DNA of 64,000 nucleotides from Octopus bimaculoides. Lineage: Eukaryota. The notes below the pieces were generated by a model that saw nothing but the letters and a program-made list of their open reading frames with translations, made no database searches and was not told the DNA's origin. The position numbers and the translations under genes were made by a program. The DNA is taken from contig NC_069001.1 in assembly GCF_001194135.2 (NCBI RefSeq), positions 37,058,165 to 37,122,164 on the forward strand. Reading direction: 5' to 3'. Below are positions 27,420 through 41,519 of this stretch, in pieces (within the stretch, counting starts at the first letter, position 1; the number at the start of each line of letters is the position of its first letter).

Positions 27420-28130
27420 GAAGGTGGAGCTTCTGCTCAACTTTCAATCAACTCAGGTATTCCTGAGTTTAGTTTTGTCCCCACCTCTTCCTTCTGCATA
27501 ACAATAATCTACTTACAATGTTCAATCTTATGCAGATGACATGACATTTCATTCCTCTCAAACTTCCCCTAATAATGCATCATTCACATACACCCTACAC
27601 ATCTTGCACTGATTTCATAAATTGAGACCTTGATAGTATCTTTCAGTGGGGCCATACCAACCTCATTTCTTTTAACAGCAAAAAGATTGAAGTACTATTC
27701 ATAACAAAACACCACTGCACACACCCTGTATTCAACATGAATGGTACTCAACTAGAGCCCTTACAGTTTCACCATTTGTTGGGCATTTCCGTCTCTGAAG
27801 ATCTCTCCAGCCATAGCAAAACTTGGATCAAACATTCCAAATACTGGCCCCTTCTCGTTATGGCCAGAAAAACAAGCAGCCAGCAACTGCTGACAATCTA
27901 TAAAGCTTATGTGAGCCCTACAATGGAGTACTGCGCCCTCATTTGAGCTGCTACTGCCACATAGACATCCTGGAATTCATCAAGATAAAAGCCACTTGAC
28001 TAATATTGATATTCAAACACTAACAGACATGCTGTCTCCTCTCTCTTTTCTATCGCTGCTATAATGATCTTTGCTCCTCGAATCAGTCTGTTCCACTCAG
28101 CCAACCCATCTTTCCACCTCTCGTCACTGT
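27420..28130 (+). mobile_element. Degenerate LINE reverse-transcriptase fragment (CR1/Jockey/L2-like)
   Basis: SGIPE..VLSPTLFL, YADD at 27529..27540, later KAYVSPTMEYC; multiple frameshifts. Confidence 0.75.
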
Positions 28131-28419
28131 TGGTGCATGCTACCCGTCTGCCCCACCCTAAACGTTATATCTAGTATTTTATACCCAGGAAGAATATCGG
28201 CGCTCTCGATTCTCCATGTCATACCTATAGGTGTTAATCTGTAACCTTTTAAATGGAATATCAAATTCACCGGTTTCGGGGTGGATGGATTCCTATGTTT
28301 CAGATGTCGGAGATAACGTATATACAAAAAAAACCTTGTTTCTCATAAAATGGTGTATATTTAATTTACATTCAATTATTATTTACGATTATTTAACGCA
28401 GGGGGTAAAATTTAAATTA

Positions 28420-28464
<45 letters not shown>

Positions 28465-28784
28465 NNNNNNNNNNNNNNNNNNNNNNNNNNNNNNNNNNNN
28501 NNNNNNNNNNNNNNNNNNNNNNNNNNNNNNNNNNNNNNNNNNNNNNNNNNNNNNNNNNNNNNNNNNNNNNNNNNNNNNNNNNNNNNNNNNNNNNNNNNNN
28601 NNNNNNNNNNNNNNNNNNNNNNNNNNNNNNNNNNNNNNNNNNNNNNNNNNNNNNNNNNNNNNNNNNNNNNNNNNNNNNNNNNNNNNNNNNNNNNNNNNNN
28701 NNNNNNNNNNNNNNNNNNNNNNNNNNNNNNNNNNNNNNNNNNNNNNNNNNNNNNNNNNNNNNNNNNNNNNNNNNNNNNNNNNNN

Positions 28785-28815
<31 letters not shown>

Positions 28816-29231
28816 CAAGAAATGAAAAAAAAAAAGGGTGGGGTTAGGCAAAAGTTTCGGTAAGTTATTTTAAGAAATATAATTTTAAAATTTCTTTACT
28901 ACTACAGAATCATAATCTTACATGCTGCAAAAATATAAATCTGAAGAAATTGTCGAAAAAGATACGAAGAAACAAAATCGTTTACACGGTTCTTCGACAA
29001 ATACTCTGTTATATATATATATATATATGAATGAAAGCAGGAAAAAAGATGCTTGCAATAAATAAAATACCTCGTATAATATGTTTGTGTGTGTTGATGA
29101 ATAGAAGGTGACTAACAGAAATATATATACGTGTGTATATGATGATATGGAAGGTAGGTTTAATGTTGCGTGCAAAATTGACTCCAAAACAGATGGAAAA
29201 GATTATTTTGTCTAAGGTGGCAATCTGAGAT

Positions 29232-29253
29232 CAATATCCGGTTGAACATGCGC
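29232..29253 (-). promoter_or_regulatory. Conserved upstream element, copy 6 (between divergent Z5 and Z6)
   Basis: CAATATCCGGTTGAACATGCGC; Z5 donor ACGAG|GTATTT at 29071/29070; acceptor at 26579-26578. Confidence 0.8.
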
Positions 29254-31189
29254 CTTGGCGATTTGCCAGCAGAAGCATGTCTCTGCTACATACATACTCA
29301 TATGCGCACACATACGTACACCCAGCTAATATAGCTATTTATCTATCTATTTATAATACAGGGGAAACCGTTTACTGTAATCGTAGACATTATTATCAGT
29401 CGGTTATTGATATCTAAAAATATTCATCCCAAAGTAATCACAAGTAGTATTTATATACTTTCGGATGAAGACAGTCAGCCGTCACTCGCGATAGACTATA
29501 GCTTGATAACGTGTACCGTGCTTTCACTAATTGTTTTAGGTACTTATGAAGTAGCGAGCATTAACACACCATCGGTTCTTCATCCTTGACCCAGCGACAC
29601 GTCTGCGATGTGAAAGTTGGAGGGTGAGTGAGAGGTGCATGATAATTCGACTGGCTCTCTTTGAAGTCGAATAGAATGTTACAACGTGAAAGAAAAAAAG
29701 TAATCGAACGCCCGACCGTAGACTCATGAGCTAAATACTCTAACCAATAGGCCAAATGTCTCTGTAAGACCCTTCTACCTCCCATTTCGTTACCTTATGC
29801 CTTATCATTCAGCGGACATCCCATAATTCAACTTCCGTTGTGTCAGTATACAAAGATTTTATATCATTTTCAAACTATGAATGACTTTCTGTAAAGAACT
29901 GTCATTTATTCTGTGATAGCGTTCTGTGAACCCAATTCCATTGACAAGGTATATTTATCTTTAACCCTTTATCTAAACGTCTGCCTACAGAACTTATGCA
30001 CAAACATTATTAGCTTCCAATTGTTGGCGAAAACCAACAACTGGAAGCTAATAATGTATAAAGGCCAAGCTACTTTCTTCCAGTTCAAACGTCTTTACTG
30101 AACTATTTTTAGATTTGTATTAATTTATTTTCATTTAACTGTCTTTTCTTCGTTCATTTATTTTATGTTTGTTTTTACTGAGTAACAGTGTAACTAAAGT
30201 TACTGGTCGAATGGAAAGTCGCTTCAGGTCCCTCACTACCATTAAATAAAGTTGAGGACGTAGGCCTTATTCGCTGCTTTCTTGGTAAGGATTTTATGTG
30301 TGCAGATTTCTCAAACCCATTTCTTTTAAACTGGCAAGTGTTGCTGTTGTCTGATCAGTCCGTCTGATTATTTCCACCCCTCATAGAGTGATATCTGTGA
30401 AACCAAGTTAAGTAAAACTTCTGCAACACTCCCAGCTTGTTGTTGAGTGATGGAAAGAGAAAATCTCGCATCGTAACTGACAATGTTTCCTTCATACATT
30501 ATCGCCAAGCTCAGTTCATAACAAACACATGCAAAGTTGTTCTGTAGGACTAACTACTGTTACATTGTACTCAAATAGTAAATATAAGTGTTTTGAGTAA
30601 CTTGGTGTGTCTTCTAACTTGCACCGGTTCAATAGCCTCCAATAAAGAGCAACAAGGTAAGGACATTAGAACCATTTGACTCTGATGTAAATATCGAAAA
30701 CCTTTGAAGATGATCTAAAAAAATCGGATTAGTCCCCTCTGTGAGACTGTGTAAAACGACTGAATCCAGCTCAGGATCCTGACCTGACAATCGAATTTTT
30801 CGCTGTCTTGGTTCATGAGCTAGGGTTGGCGACTGCGATGTACAGTGATGTTCTCTGCTTTCTGAGAGCCAGTTTGATTTGTACAAGACCGACAGCTTAG
30901 TTGGATCCATCATACATCAGCCACAAGTTCTTTGTGCAGCATAGTGCTGTTTTCTACTGGAATTCAGAGTTTGTAATGTTGGAATTAATGAATGATGTTT
31001 ATGTTGCAAAAGTACCACATGTTTTTCCCTCTACAATAGTGTTGAGCTAAGTCCTCTAAGATAACCAGAAGACTGGCTCCAAACTGGTCCTATGATTATT
31101 TCTATTTATTTCTAGAAGTAGGATGCACTGCCATAGATAGTACTTCTGAGCTACTTCTATTATGTTTCTGCATCTCCCATTTGTGATTG

Positions 31190-32080
31190 AGGACCAACCG
31201 TGTTTTCAAAGGATTTTCAGAATGAAGTCTCATATAAGCAGAATGTTCACCAGTGTCAACAGTGGTTCCAGAAATTCTGAGCTGGAAACTACAGCCTCAT
31301 CCTGAAAGATCTCTAGAGCAAACCCTGGTGGAACTTAATCCTATCGTAACTGTTGAAGAACTAGCAGAGAAGCTTGGATTTGGTCATTCAACCATTCATT
31401 GACACCTGCATACCATTGGAACAGTCAGCAAATTGGGTCAGTGGGTTCCTCACAAACTCTTCTTTGCTGTCATGTCTCATGAATGAACCTTTTTCAGAAT
31501 GAATAGTGACTGATGACGAGAAATGGGTTCTCTATAAAAATGTCAAGCGCTGAAGACAGTGGGTAGGGAAAGGAGAAACACTGGTACCCCAGGTTTAAGA
31601 AGGCCTTCACCCACGTTAGGTGTTGTTATCTGTTTGGTAGAAAATGAAAGATTTAGTCCATTTTGAACTTTTAAACGCAAACCAAACAGTAACAAAGATT
31701 TACTGCGAGCAACTTGAGCAACTTAAGTCAGCACTAGAAGAAAAACTGTTTTTGGTTTCAAGATGGAAGGTGTTCTTCCATCAGGATAATTCTTGGCCAC
31801 AAATAGTGAGGATGATATTCCATAGGCTGGAGCAGTTTGAATGGAAAACAATGTCCCATCCACCATATTCATTGGACATTGTCCCATCTGATTATCATTT
31901 ATTCCACAGTCTTCAAAATCATTTGAATGGCAAAAATATGAATCCTGTAGATGAGGTCAGAACAATAGTAGAGTAATTTTTGTTGCAGACAAATGAATTT
32001 TGGAAGAGGGGCCTTGCAAGTCTACCAGATAGATGGAAGAACATTGTAGAAAAATGAAGGAGAGTATATTTTAGATAAAA
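31190..32080 (+). mobile_element. Degenerate mariner transposase
   Basis: WVPH at ~31442, IVTDDEKWVLYKN, FFHQDN, HPPYSLDIVPSDYHLFHSLQNHLNGK; stops and frameshifts. Confidence 0.9.
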
Positions 32081-32594
32081 AAGTATAAAAGAACTGCAAG
32101 ATTTTGGGGATGATCCGATATATGCAATGTTGCACAAAATGTGAATGTGTAGCAGTAGTCTGTAAATTTGTAGATGCCGTACAAGGTTGTATGATGTAAT
32201 TTTAATAGCAAATTAAAATGGAAACCCTAATTGTTCAGCTGAATATTTCTATCTACAGTTTACCAGTGTATAAAAAGAAAATTTCCACTTTTAAATATCC
32301 CCTGTAACTTAGTGTTTCTCTATTATTTCAGAATACCAGATGCCACTGGCATGGAAGAAATCTTTACTTCAGATGTATCATTTATATTTGTCATCTTTTA
32401 AAGTGTAAATGAAGATGTTGTACAGAACAGACGTAACCCTTTTTATATGAATCTAGAGGTGGAGTTTCTGTGAACTGAGACTAAGATCAAGACATATTGA
32501 GAAAGAAGTTTGCAGCATTTTCAGATATTAAAAGGAAAAAAGATTAATGGAAATATAGCAGAAATATGTGTTAGGTAAAGATATATAAAAGCAT

Positions 32595-34004
32595 ATGAGA
32601 AGAAAAATATCTGTATACTGTTGTGAAAGAAAATATATTATGGAAAATGAATTATGTGAGAATGAGAGTAAATGTAAAACAGAGTCTATAGGAAATGATT
32701 TTCCTGTTAGAAGACCAAAAGAAAAAGGAAAAACATACGAATGTGATATCTGTAAAAAGTCATTTTCCCATAAATGTAACCTAACTACTCACAGACGCAT
32801 TCATACAGGAGAGAAACCATATATATGTAATATTTGTGGGAAATCATTCTATGGAAGTAGTGACTTAACTAGACACAAACGTATTCATACAGGAGAGAAG
32901 CCATATCACTGCGATATTTGTGGCAAATCATTCTCTCAGAAGGATCAGTTAACTATACACAAACGTGTTCACACAGGAGAGAAACCGTATTGTTGTGATG
33001 TCTGTGGTAAATCATTCTCTCAAAGGAGTCCTTTAACTACTCACAAACGTATTCACACAGGAGAAACCCCATATCATTGTGATATATGTGGTAAATCATT
33101 CTCTGTAACAGGACATTTAACTACTCATCAACATATTCATACAGGAGGCAAGCCATATCACTGTGATATCTGTGGTAAATTATTCTCTAGAAGTAGTCAC
33201 TTAACTACTCACAAGCGTATACATACAGGTGAAAAGCCATATTGCTGTGATGTTTGTGGTAAATCTTTCTCCAAAAGTGGTGATTTAATGCCTCATAAAC
33301 GTATTCATACAGGGGAAAAGCCATATCACTGTGATATCTGTGGTGAATCATTTTCTCGGAAAGGTGTCTTAAGTACACACAAACGCATTCATACAGGAGA
33401 GAAACCACATCGCTGTGACACTTGTGGCAAATCATTCTCTCGAAGTAGTCACTTAGCTACTCATAAATATATTCATACTGGAGAGAGGCCATATGACTGT
33501 GATATCTGTGGTAAATCATTCTCTGAAAGTAGTACCTTGACTAAACACAAACGTATTCATACAGGGGAGAAGCCATATCACTGTAATATTTGTGGCGAAT
33601 CTTTCTCTCGAAAAGGTATCTTAACAACACACAAACGCATTCATACAGGAGAGAAACCATATCACTGTGATATCTGTGCTAAATCATTCTCTAGACGTAG
33701 TCAGTTACTTACTCACCAATATTTGCATTCTGGTGAGAAACCATATCACTGTGATATTTGTAGTAAATCCTTCTCTGAAAGTAGTACTTTAACTAAACAC
33801 AAGCGCATTCATACAGGAGAGAAGCCACATCACTGTGGTATCTGTGGCAAATCGTTCTCTCGTAGTGGTGACTTAACTACTCACATACGCATTCATACAG
33901 GAGAGAAACCATATCACTGTGATGTCTGTGGTGAATCGTTCTCACAGACTGGAAACTTAATTCGACACAAGTATATTCATACAGGAGGAAAACTAGATAA
34001 CTGA
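32595..34004 (+). CDS. C2H2 zinc-finger protein Z6, 15 fingers
   Basis: ATG at 32595; conserved ATG ([13 protein letters not shown]) at 32640; acceptor TATTTCAG at 32330-32331. Confidence 0.95.
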   Translation: MRRKISVYCCERKYIMENELCENESKCKTESIGNDFPVRRPKEKGKTYECDICKKSFSHKCNLTTHRRIHTGEKPYICNICGKSFYGSSDLTRHKRIHTGEKPYHCDICGKSFSQKDQLTIHKRVHTGEKPYCCDVCGKSFSQRSPLTTHKRIHTGETPYHCDICGKSFSVTGHLTTHQHIHTGGKPYHCDICGKLFSRSSHLTTHKRIHTGEKPYCCDVCGKSFSKSGDLMPHKRIHTGEKPYHCDICGESFSRKGVLSTHKRIHTGEKPHRCDTCGKSFSRSSHLATHKYIHTGERPYDCDICGKSFSESSTLTKHKRIHTGEKPYHCNICGESFSRKGILTTHKRIHTGEKPYHCDICAKSFSRRSQLLTHQYLHSGEKPYHCDICSKSFSESSTLTKHKRIHTGEKPHHCGICGKSFSRSGDLTTHIRIHTGEKPYHCDVCGESFSQTGNLIRHKYIHTGGKLDN

Positions 34005-34629
34005 TATCTGTACTAAATCCCACTCTTAAACATTCACTTGGCTGCACATCTATTCATACAGATGAATATTAATGTCAAAATTTATTCAATGGGAAGAAGA
34101 ATAAAAACAACAAATTATATAACCATAATTGTATTGATAGAGTGACGATATAACAGTGTGACAACAACCTTGTGAGATTATAGTGTATACAACAAATACA
34201 CCTCTGTTGGTGAAATATTCAAAGTAATTTTTGTGAGAACATAGATTCTGGCTAACTTATTTTCAAAGAAGAGAAAAGATAGATTTGATTTGTCATTGTT
34301 GGTAAATAACTGCAAAATGTATTGTCTTTAATTAAGTGCAACATCACTAGTACAGTTTGTGGCACGAATAAAATACATAAGCCATAGAAGAAAATATTTC
34401 CTCATAACATAATGAGATGCATATATAAATAAATGTGATATAGACATTGATTTGTGTATCTTTAATCTTTTTACTTGTTTCACCCATTCGATTGTGGCCA
34501 TGCCGGGGCACCACATTCCAAGGTTTAGTTGAACAAATTGCCGCAGTAATTTTATTTTTAAGCCTGGTATTTATGCTATGGTTCTCTTTTGCTGAACTGC
34601 TAAGTTGTGGACAGCTGCATCAAGAAGAA

Positions 34630-34745
34630 CCAATTCCTAATTGTGGAAGGGGTAGACCCAGAAAGACATGGGAGGAAGTGATGAGAAAGGATTTTCGGAC
34701 TTGGGCCTCACAGAGATGACAAAGAACTGAGACTTCTGGTGCCTC
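34630..34745 (+). mobile_element. RTE-type LINE 3' coding remnant
   Basis: GRGRPRKTWEEVMRKD..; same family as the minus-strand piece near 48360-48450. Confidence 0.65.
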
Positions 34746-36865
34746 GCTGTGCTAAGTCAAATCGTGGCTGGACTTGCAAACTGGCATGTCCTCTACATCT
34801 CTCTCTAAATCAAGAGAGTCTTGTCTTATGAGCTCATGTGTGCTCCTTATTCCCAACAACTCTGTGAATCATTGGGATTATATATAGATACGTGTGTATA
34901 TAAATAAATATATAAGTATACATATATGTATATGTGTGTATGTATATATATTATATGTTTTTATGTGCTGCTGCTATTTCATGTGATAAGAGCATACCAG
35001 ACAGTATTTTTTAACATATCTGGTGTCCTAGCATAGTCGTCAGCCACTGCCCACATGACATAAAAAACTAAAAACTGGATGATAGGAAGTAGATTTAAAA
35101 GGAGCAAGATTGAAAAACCGGAAAACGAAAAAGAAGACAAAAGGGAGTGAATTAGAGTTACGTCCCCTTCGAAAGTAAATTTATAACGCTGAACGGATAG
35201 TGGCCTAGTGTCTGCAGCACATCTGTTCAATCTGGCATTTTCCAGTTTGTCAACAAGATAATCAAGTGATGGAAAATACTTAGAAAATTATACAGACAAA
35301 ATTCTAAATTTGCTTGGAAAAGCCTCTACACCTAGGAAGCAATCAAGCAGCAAGTTTTTAACTTCCCTTATCCACAGTTCTAACTTGTTGGTGAAAGACT
35401 TTAATTTACCTGTAATTGTTAAACTAAAAATTGATTAAAATTAACATATAATAATTTATGTAAATTATAAGTAAATCAAAAGTTAAAATTTAGGACTACC
35501 AAACAATTTACTTACAGACAATCCCGGTTTAGATGCAGAAATGTGATATATTGTAACAAAACTGTTGTTCGTCATGTATCAATTTATATTTACCATATTT
35601 TACGATTTATATAATTAATTTATATTTACGCTCAAACTTTGTGAATGTTTTTGGATTGATGTTTCCCAAAAATCCTGAAGATATTTTTTGTGGCACTCCA
35701 TGAGTCTCTTGCAGCACACCATTGTGCCGCGGTACACAGTTTAGCAGACACTGCCTTACACAGACTATATTTTTCTTTAAACACTGATTTTCTAAAGGAC
35801 ATACAATTTTGTTTTTACAATTATTCACTTATAAGTGGATAGAAATAGATTCTGCTGAATTTAGCAAGATTATTGGATTGATTATTCTTATCATAGTTCA
35901 TAATTTTCAAGCACGAAAACTTGACTCAACTTTGGAGTTTTGGAAATGACATCCCAACTTTTTACACACGCACATGAATACAAAGATCCACATGCACATA
36001 TATATTAATAATGTCCACAAATACATGACAGGTATATGTAATACTGAAATACGCAACCCATAGTGATTCCATGTTTAGAAGTCAATGGCTTAATAAAGTA
36101 CAACTGTAAAAACTAATGTGGAACAAAAACATAGACAAATATGTTAAAATAACAAATTAGAAAAAATAATAAAAACGTACAAAACACTATAGAAATCAAT
36201 GAAGAGACAAAAGAAATAGATCTTTATTTAGAAACCTACAATGAACAGGTCATTTCACAGACACGAAACTATAAATTTCATAGGGTACAACCTGAAAGTT
36301 GACACTGCTACAATGCAGAAAATTTCTGTCTCATTATTGGCTAAAAATACAGTTTTTTCAATTTTTAAATGTCTAACATTTTTGTCAAATTTTTTCTCTA
36401 CAAGTTCATGGCTTCACAGAAATAAGCATGGAAAACTGAAATAACATAACTGATTTTCAGATTTTCTTACTTTCATTCTGTGAACGAAACAAATTACATC
36501 CGTTTTACTGATAAAAGTAGAAAAAACGATTGAATAAAGAACACAATGTCAAGAAAAAAATATGTTGTTTAAATTACAAGTATTGTTTGGCGGTCATTGG
36601 GGTGGTCAAGTATATAGCTACTATACACATAGATATACTATGATACACGTATAAAGATATATATATATATATATATACACAAATACACACTTCCCAAGAA
36701 CGAATCATGTGAGGGAATAAGAAAGTGTATTAGTTGACACTCAAGAAAAATGGAAAAGTCTTTGACATTTCAAGCTCAAGTTCTTCAACAGAAAGGAATG
36801 ACGTAAGAAATGGAGAGAGAGAGAGAGAGAGAGAGAAACAAAAAGTAAAGAGTAAAAAGGTATGT

Positions 36866-37075
36866 ATCATCATCATCATCATCGTTTAACGTCCGCTTTC
36901 CATGCTGGCATGCGTTGGACGATTTGACTGAGGACTGGCGAACCAGATGGCTACACCAGGCTCTAATCTGATCTGGCAGAGTTTCTACAGCTGGATGCCC
37001 TTCCTAACGCCAACCATTCTGAGAGTGTAGTGGGTGCTTTTATGTGCCAACGGCACGACGGCCAGTCAGGCAGTA
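36866..37075 (-). mobile_element. RTE-associated LINE/SINE 3' end with (GAT)n tail
   Basis: (CAT)n CGTTTAACGTCCGCTTTCCATGCT..; near-identical copy at 50058-50360 and a diverged copy at 47704-47890. Confidence 0.7.
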
Positions 37076-37529
37076 CTCAGGTGGTGTATTTATAAAAATT
37101 TTCAGAATTCAAAAGAACTAAGTATTTAACTAGTAAAAACACTCAGGTAGAGTCAGGGATAGCACACCTGTGTACCGACAACGTATACTGACATATACCA
37201 TATTTTAACGAGTATAAAGAACACTTTTTTTGTCAAAAATTAGGTTTAAAAAAATATTAGTTTCTTATACATGGATAGTATTATAATCCCTTTCAAAACC
37301 TTTTTTTCAAATTTTAATCCCGCCAAATTAGGTTCCTGATACACGTTAAAATATGGATTTGCCCTTGCAGTTATGCATACATTCACAAGTAACTGACTGA
37401 AAACACAATGTGCCAACAATGTCATACCAGGGCACACTCGCTGCATGTATTCCACTTTGACTATAGACTCCTGGCAACAACCACAACTATGATTCACAGG
37501 TGCTATTTGCATGGCACTGTCAATGAGCA

Positions 37530-37660
37530 GAAATATCAATGAGACATCTGAAGTAAGAAATACTTTTATGGCAATGTCAGCTGGTATTTCTAAAATAATA
37601 GAGAAACAGTATAAGATGTAAGGGATACTAAAAAGCAGAGATTAAACAGTGGAAAATTTA
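37530..37660 (-). pseudogene. Orphan intron-end / exon-2 5'UTR module of a deleted ZNF paralog
   Basis: Matches the acceptor module of the other genes (e.g. reverse complement of 42370-42470); AG at 37591-37590; no finger ORF follows. Confidence 0.7.
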
Positions 37661-39025
37661 CTTTGAAAATTTATTTACTTTTGTATGAATGTATTTGTGT
37701 GTAGTTAATTGCCCTTTCTGTGAGAATGATTTACAACAGATATCACATTGATAGGGTTTCTCTCCTGTATGAATACGCTTATGATTAGTTATGGAACTAC
37801 TCCTAGAGAATGTTTTACCACAAATATCACAGTGATATGGCCTCTCACCTGTATGAACACGCTTATGAGAAGATAAGGAACTACTTTCAGAGAAAGATTT
37901 ACCACATATATTACAGAAATATGGTTTTTCTCCTGTATGAACACGCTTATGTTTAATTATGTCACTGCTTGAAGAGAAAGATTTACCACAGATATCACAG
38001 TGATACGGTTTCTCTCCGGTATGTGTCCGTTTGTGCTTTGTTAAGTCATTTTGAGAGAATGATTTGCCACATATATTACAGTAATGCAGCTTTACTCCTG
38101 TGTGAATGTTTTTGTGTCTCATTAGGTTACTTTTAATTGTGAATGATTTACCACAAATATCACAGTGATATCGTTTCTCTCCAGTATGGACACTTATGTG
38201 TTTAGACAGGCAATATTTCTGAGAGAATGATTTACCACAAATTTCACAGTGGTATGGCTTCTCTCCTGTATGAATCCGTTTGTGTACAGTTAGTACAGTT
38301 GCATGGGAAAATGATTTCCCACAGACATCACAGAGATATGGCTTCTCTCCAGTATGGATATTTTTGTGATTAGCCAGACGAAGTTTTTGAGAGAATGATT
38401 TACCACAAATATCACAATAGTATTGCCTCTCTCCTGTAAGAATATTTTTGTGAGTACTTAAATTACATTTTTGAGAGAATGATTTACCACGAATATCACA
38501 GTCATATGGTTTCTCTCCTGTGTGGATTGTTCTGTGATTAGTTAGGCGAAAGTTATAAGAGAATGATTTACCACAAATATCACAATGATATGATTTCTCT
38601 CTTGTATGAATACGTTTGTGACCTGTTAAGGCATTTCTGTTACAGAATGATTTACCACAGATGTCACAATGATATGGTTCCTCTCCTGTATGAATGCATT
38701 GGTGTAGGGTTAAGCGACTTTTTTCAGTAAAGGTTTTGCCACAGATATTACAGCAATAAGGTTTACCTCTTGTGTGGATGTATTTGTGACGACTTAGGTG
38801 ATGTTTTTGAGAAAATGATTTACCACAGATATCACAATGATATGGTTTCTCTCCTGTATGAATGCGTTTGTGACTAGTTAGATTACCTCTATGAGAGAAT
38901 GATTTACCACAGATATCACAGTGGTATGATATTTTCTCTACTTCCTTCAGTATCTCATCAGGAAAATCAATTGTTTCTGACTCTGTTTTAATTTGAATTG
39001 GTTTCTCACAGAATTCATCTTCCAT
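37658..39025 (-). CDS. C2H2 zinc-finger protein Z7, 15 finger units (unit 6 defective)
   Basis: ATG start with MEDEFCEKPIQIKTESE leader; acceptor at 39372-39371. Confidence 0.94.
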   Translation of the reverse strand: MEDEFCEKPIQIKTESETIDFPDEILKEVEKISYHCDICGKSFSHRGNLTSHKRIHTGEKPYHCDICGKSFSQKHHLSRHKYIHTRGKPYCCNICGKTFTEKSRLTLHQCIHTGEEPYHCDICGKSFCNRNALTGHKRIHTREKSYHCDICGKSFSYNFRLTNHRTIHTGEKPYDCDIRGKSFSQKCNLSTHKNILTGERQYYCDICGKSFSQKLRLANHKNIHTGEKPYLCDVCGKSFSHATVLTVHKRIHTGEKPYHCEICGKSFSQKYCLSKHISVHTGEKRYHCDICGKSFTIKSNLMRHKNIHTGVKLHYCNICGKSFSQNDLTKHKRTHTGEKPYHCDICGKSFSSSSDIIKHKRVHTGEKPYFCNICGKSFSESSSLSSHKRVHTGERPYHCDICGKTFSRSSSITNHKRIHTGEKPYQCDICCKSFSQKGQLTTHKYIHTKVNKFSK

Positions 39026-40783
39026 AATTATTCTTCTCTGACCACTTCTCTTTTTCTCGTATTTTCTTAATTATTTCTGCTGCTATATTTAAATCACACA
39101 TAACTTTTGTTGATATTTGAAGATATTGCAAACTCCTTTGTAAATTTCTCCAAGTCTAATTAAAATGCAACCTAATCTTGAACATATTCCATAGAGAAAT
39201 TTTTTGAATGATCTTAAGCTACAACAATAAATATTTCACTCCAGTTCTACGTTTATAGAAACGAAGTGATATCCATTCTGTATAACATCTTCCTTTACTT
39301 TTTAAAAGATAATCAATATTGATGGTACATCAGAAGTAAAAAGATGGTATGTCAATGTCATCTGATGTTTCTGAAATAAAAGAGAAACAGTGTAAGATAT
39401 AGGGGGGCATTATGTTATTTCCTACAATATCGGTTTAGTGAAACAATTTTTTTTTTTGAGCGGTACATACCCTTCTAACACGGTATATTCACAAACAATA
39501 AGGTGTAATTTGAGGGAAAATTTAGCAACAACTTGAAGCAGGTGAAATGCCAATGTCGTCACGTCGCTCCTGATGCTGTTTAGTACCACCTGTTGTTTTA
39601 TTAAATGAAAACAAACACTCCTTATTGATGAACAAAAAAAAAAGATTGTTATAACATTAAACTAAAAAAATACGCATATAATTGAGATTAATGACGACAT
39701 TTGAGTTGGTGGAGAATAGCTTGGTCTTTTTCCAATATTCGCTTCCAATTGTTGGTTAAAAAAAGGTAAATTTTGATAAATGAAACGCGCTTATCAAAAT
39801 TTACCAAAAAATGTAGACTGTTTGTAAGTATTGTAGGTAGACGTCAAGATAATGGGATAAATGTACCTTGTCAATGGAATTGGGTTCACAGAACACTGTC
39901 ATGGAGAACAACAACAACACTGGAGTTGTATGGAATAAATAAGTCATTACTGGGATCCACGATGGAATGTGGGGGGGGGGGAAATACGAAACAGATATTT
40001 CCGGAAAATAGAGACGACGGAAGCAGAATCATTGGCTGTTCATTGGAAAAGTGAATGTAAAGATAAATGAGTACTGTTGACGAAAATATACATGCTTATA
40101 TTGGGTAACTGTGTGTTTACGTTTTAGCAAAAATACGAGAGTCAGTGATATGATGCGGTACAGAAAGTTAGTAAACACTTTGTACATCAGAATACGGAAC
40201 GGGGGTCAGGATATACGTTCATAATATCTGTGACAAATTCAATTTGTACAAACATGTGTTTCATTCAAGAATGTCAAAAGGAAATGTTTTGTTTTGTTCC
40301 AATAAAATAATTAATTTTTACAGTCTTTTAGAACGCTGAACAGTTGTGAGCAAAAGGGATTTTTTCATATGCGTAGTTAAAAAAAAATAGACTCCTAAAA
40401 CAAAAAAAAGTGAAAACTTTTGTGGGGGAGGATTAAAATTTTGAAATGCAGATTCGGAATCTCCGCAGTCGAAAATATGGGTTTCTGTAAGAAAAAAAAA
40501 TAATAATCGAAAGCGGGTGCAGTCGATATCCCTTACCTCTGCCAAGAAATCTAAACCGATGACATTTACTATCTGATATCTAAGCATTTACATATACTTC
40601 TTGCTTTCTCAGGATATGCAAGTCTTTTTTTTTTTTTTTTTTTTAATAGTTTTTCCCCCGGATGAATCTACTTTCATTATCATTTCTGCCGTTATACGCA
40701 CTTAACACAAAAGCTATATATTACACTAACACACATACACGTGTATATGTTTACGTTAGTGTGTTTGTTGACGCGTCGCTTCT

Positions 40784-40805
40784 GCGCATGTTCAGAGTGT
40801 ATTGA
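40784..40805 (+). promoter_or_regulatory. Conserved upstream element, copy 7 (inverted, diverged; between divergent Z7 and Z8)
   Basis: GCGCATGTTCAGAGTGTATTGA, followed by YY1-like GCCATCTT (40814-40821); Z8 donor CAG|GTATTG at 40953/40954; acceptor at 42410-42411. Confidence 0.65.
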
Positions 40806-41519
40806 TTCCAGCTGCCATCTTCGACTTAATCGCTACCATGTTCTCCTACAAAGTGTCATCCTATTACGATTGAAAGATAACTGAGTGACGGAAAAGTAGT
40901 CATATACACGACCACCATCACTGACTTCCTAATAATGCAGTGATTTATTTCAGGTATTGTTTTCTTCGTTCAATCGTTTTTTATTTTTCCATTTTCATCA
41001 GTATAACATTTGGTAAATGTGAAGAATTACAGCGTAATTTCGAAGATATGAGGAATGTATAAAAACGTGATTTACTGGAAATACTGAAATGAAATCGAAA
41101 CATTGTTTGCTACAGAGGTGATACTGTAATGGTTGTTAACAGGAATTCCATAATTTCTTACATCTTAAAATAAATGCCCCCCCCCCCCCACTTCTTAAGC
41201 CTGTAAATTTGTGTTCGATTTTCAGACATATCTCCGATGCGGAAGAAATGCATTCCGAAAATAATGTAACGCGAAATTAATTTTATCCATTCGATTCTTA
41301 TATAGCAAAGAGAGATACATTTTGACTGATTATTTTCGGGAAAACAAAAAAAAAGCAGGCAATACGACCACTTATATCCATGAAAATAACTATCTCGCAA
41401 CATTCATTGTACAGTATATGTTTAAAAAAAATATTTGAAGAGAAATAAGCTAAGGAATCATTAAAAATCATAACGGGTTATTAATGAGAGTTATTAAGAT
41501 GAATGACTCTAACGGAACG

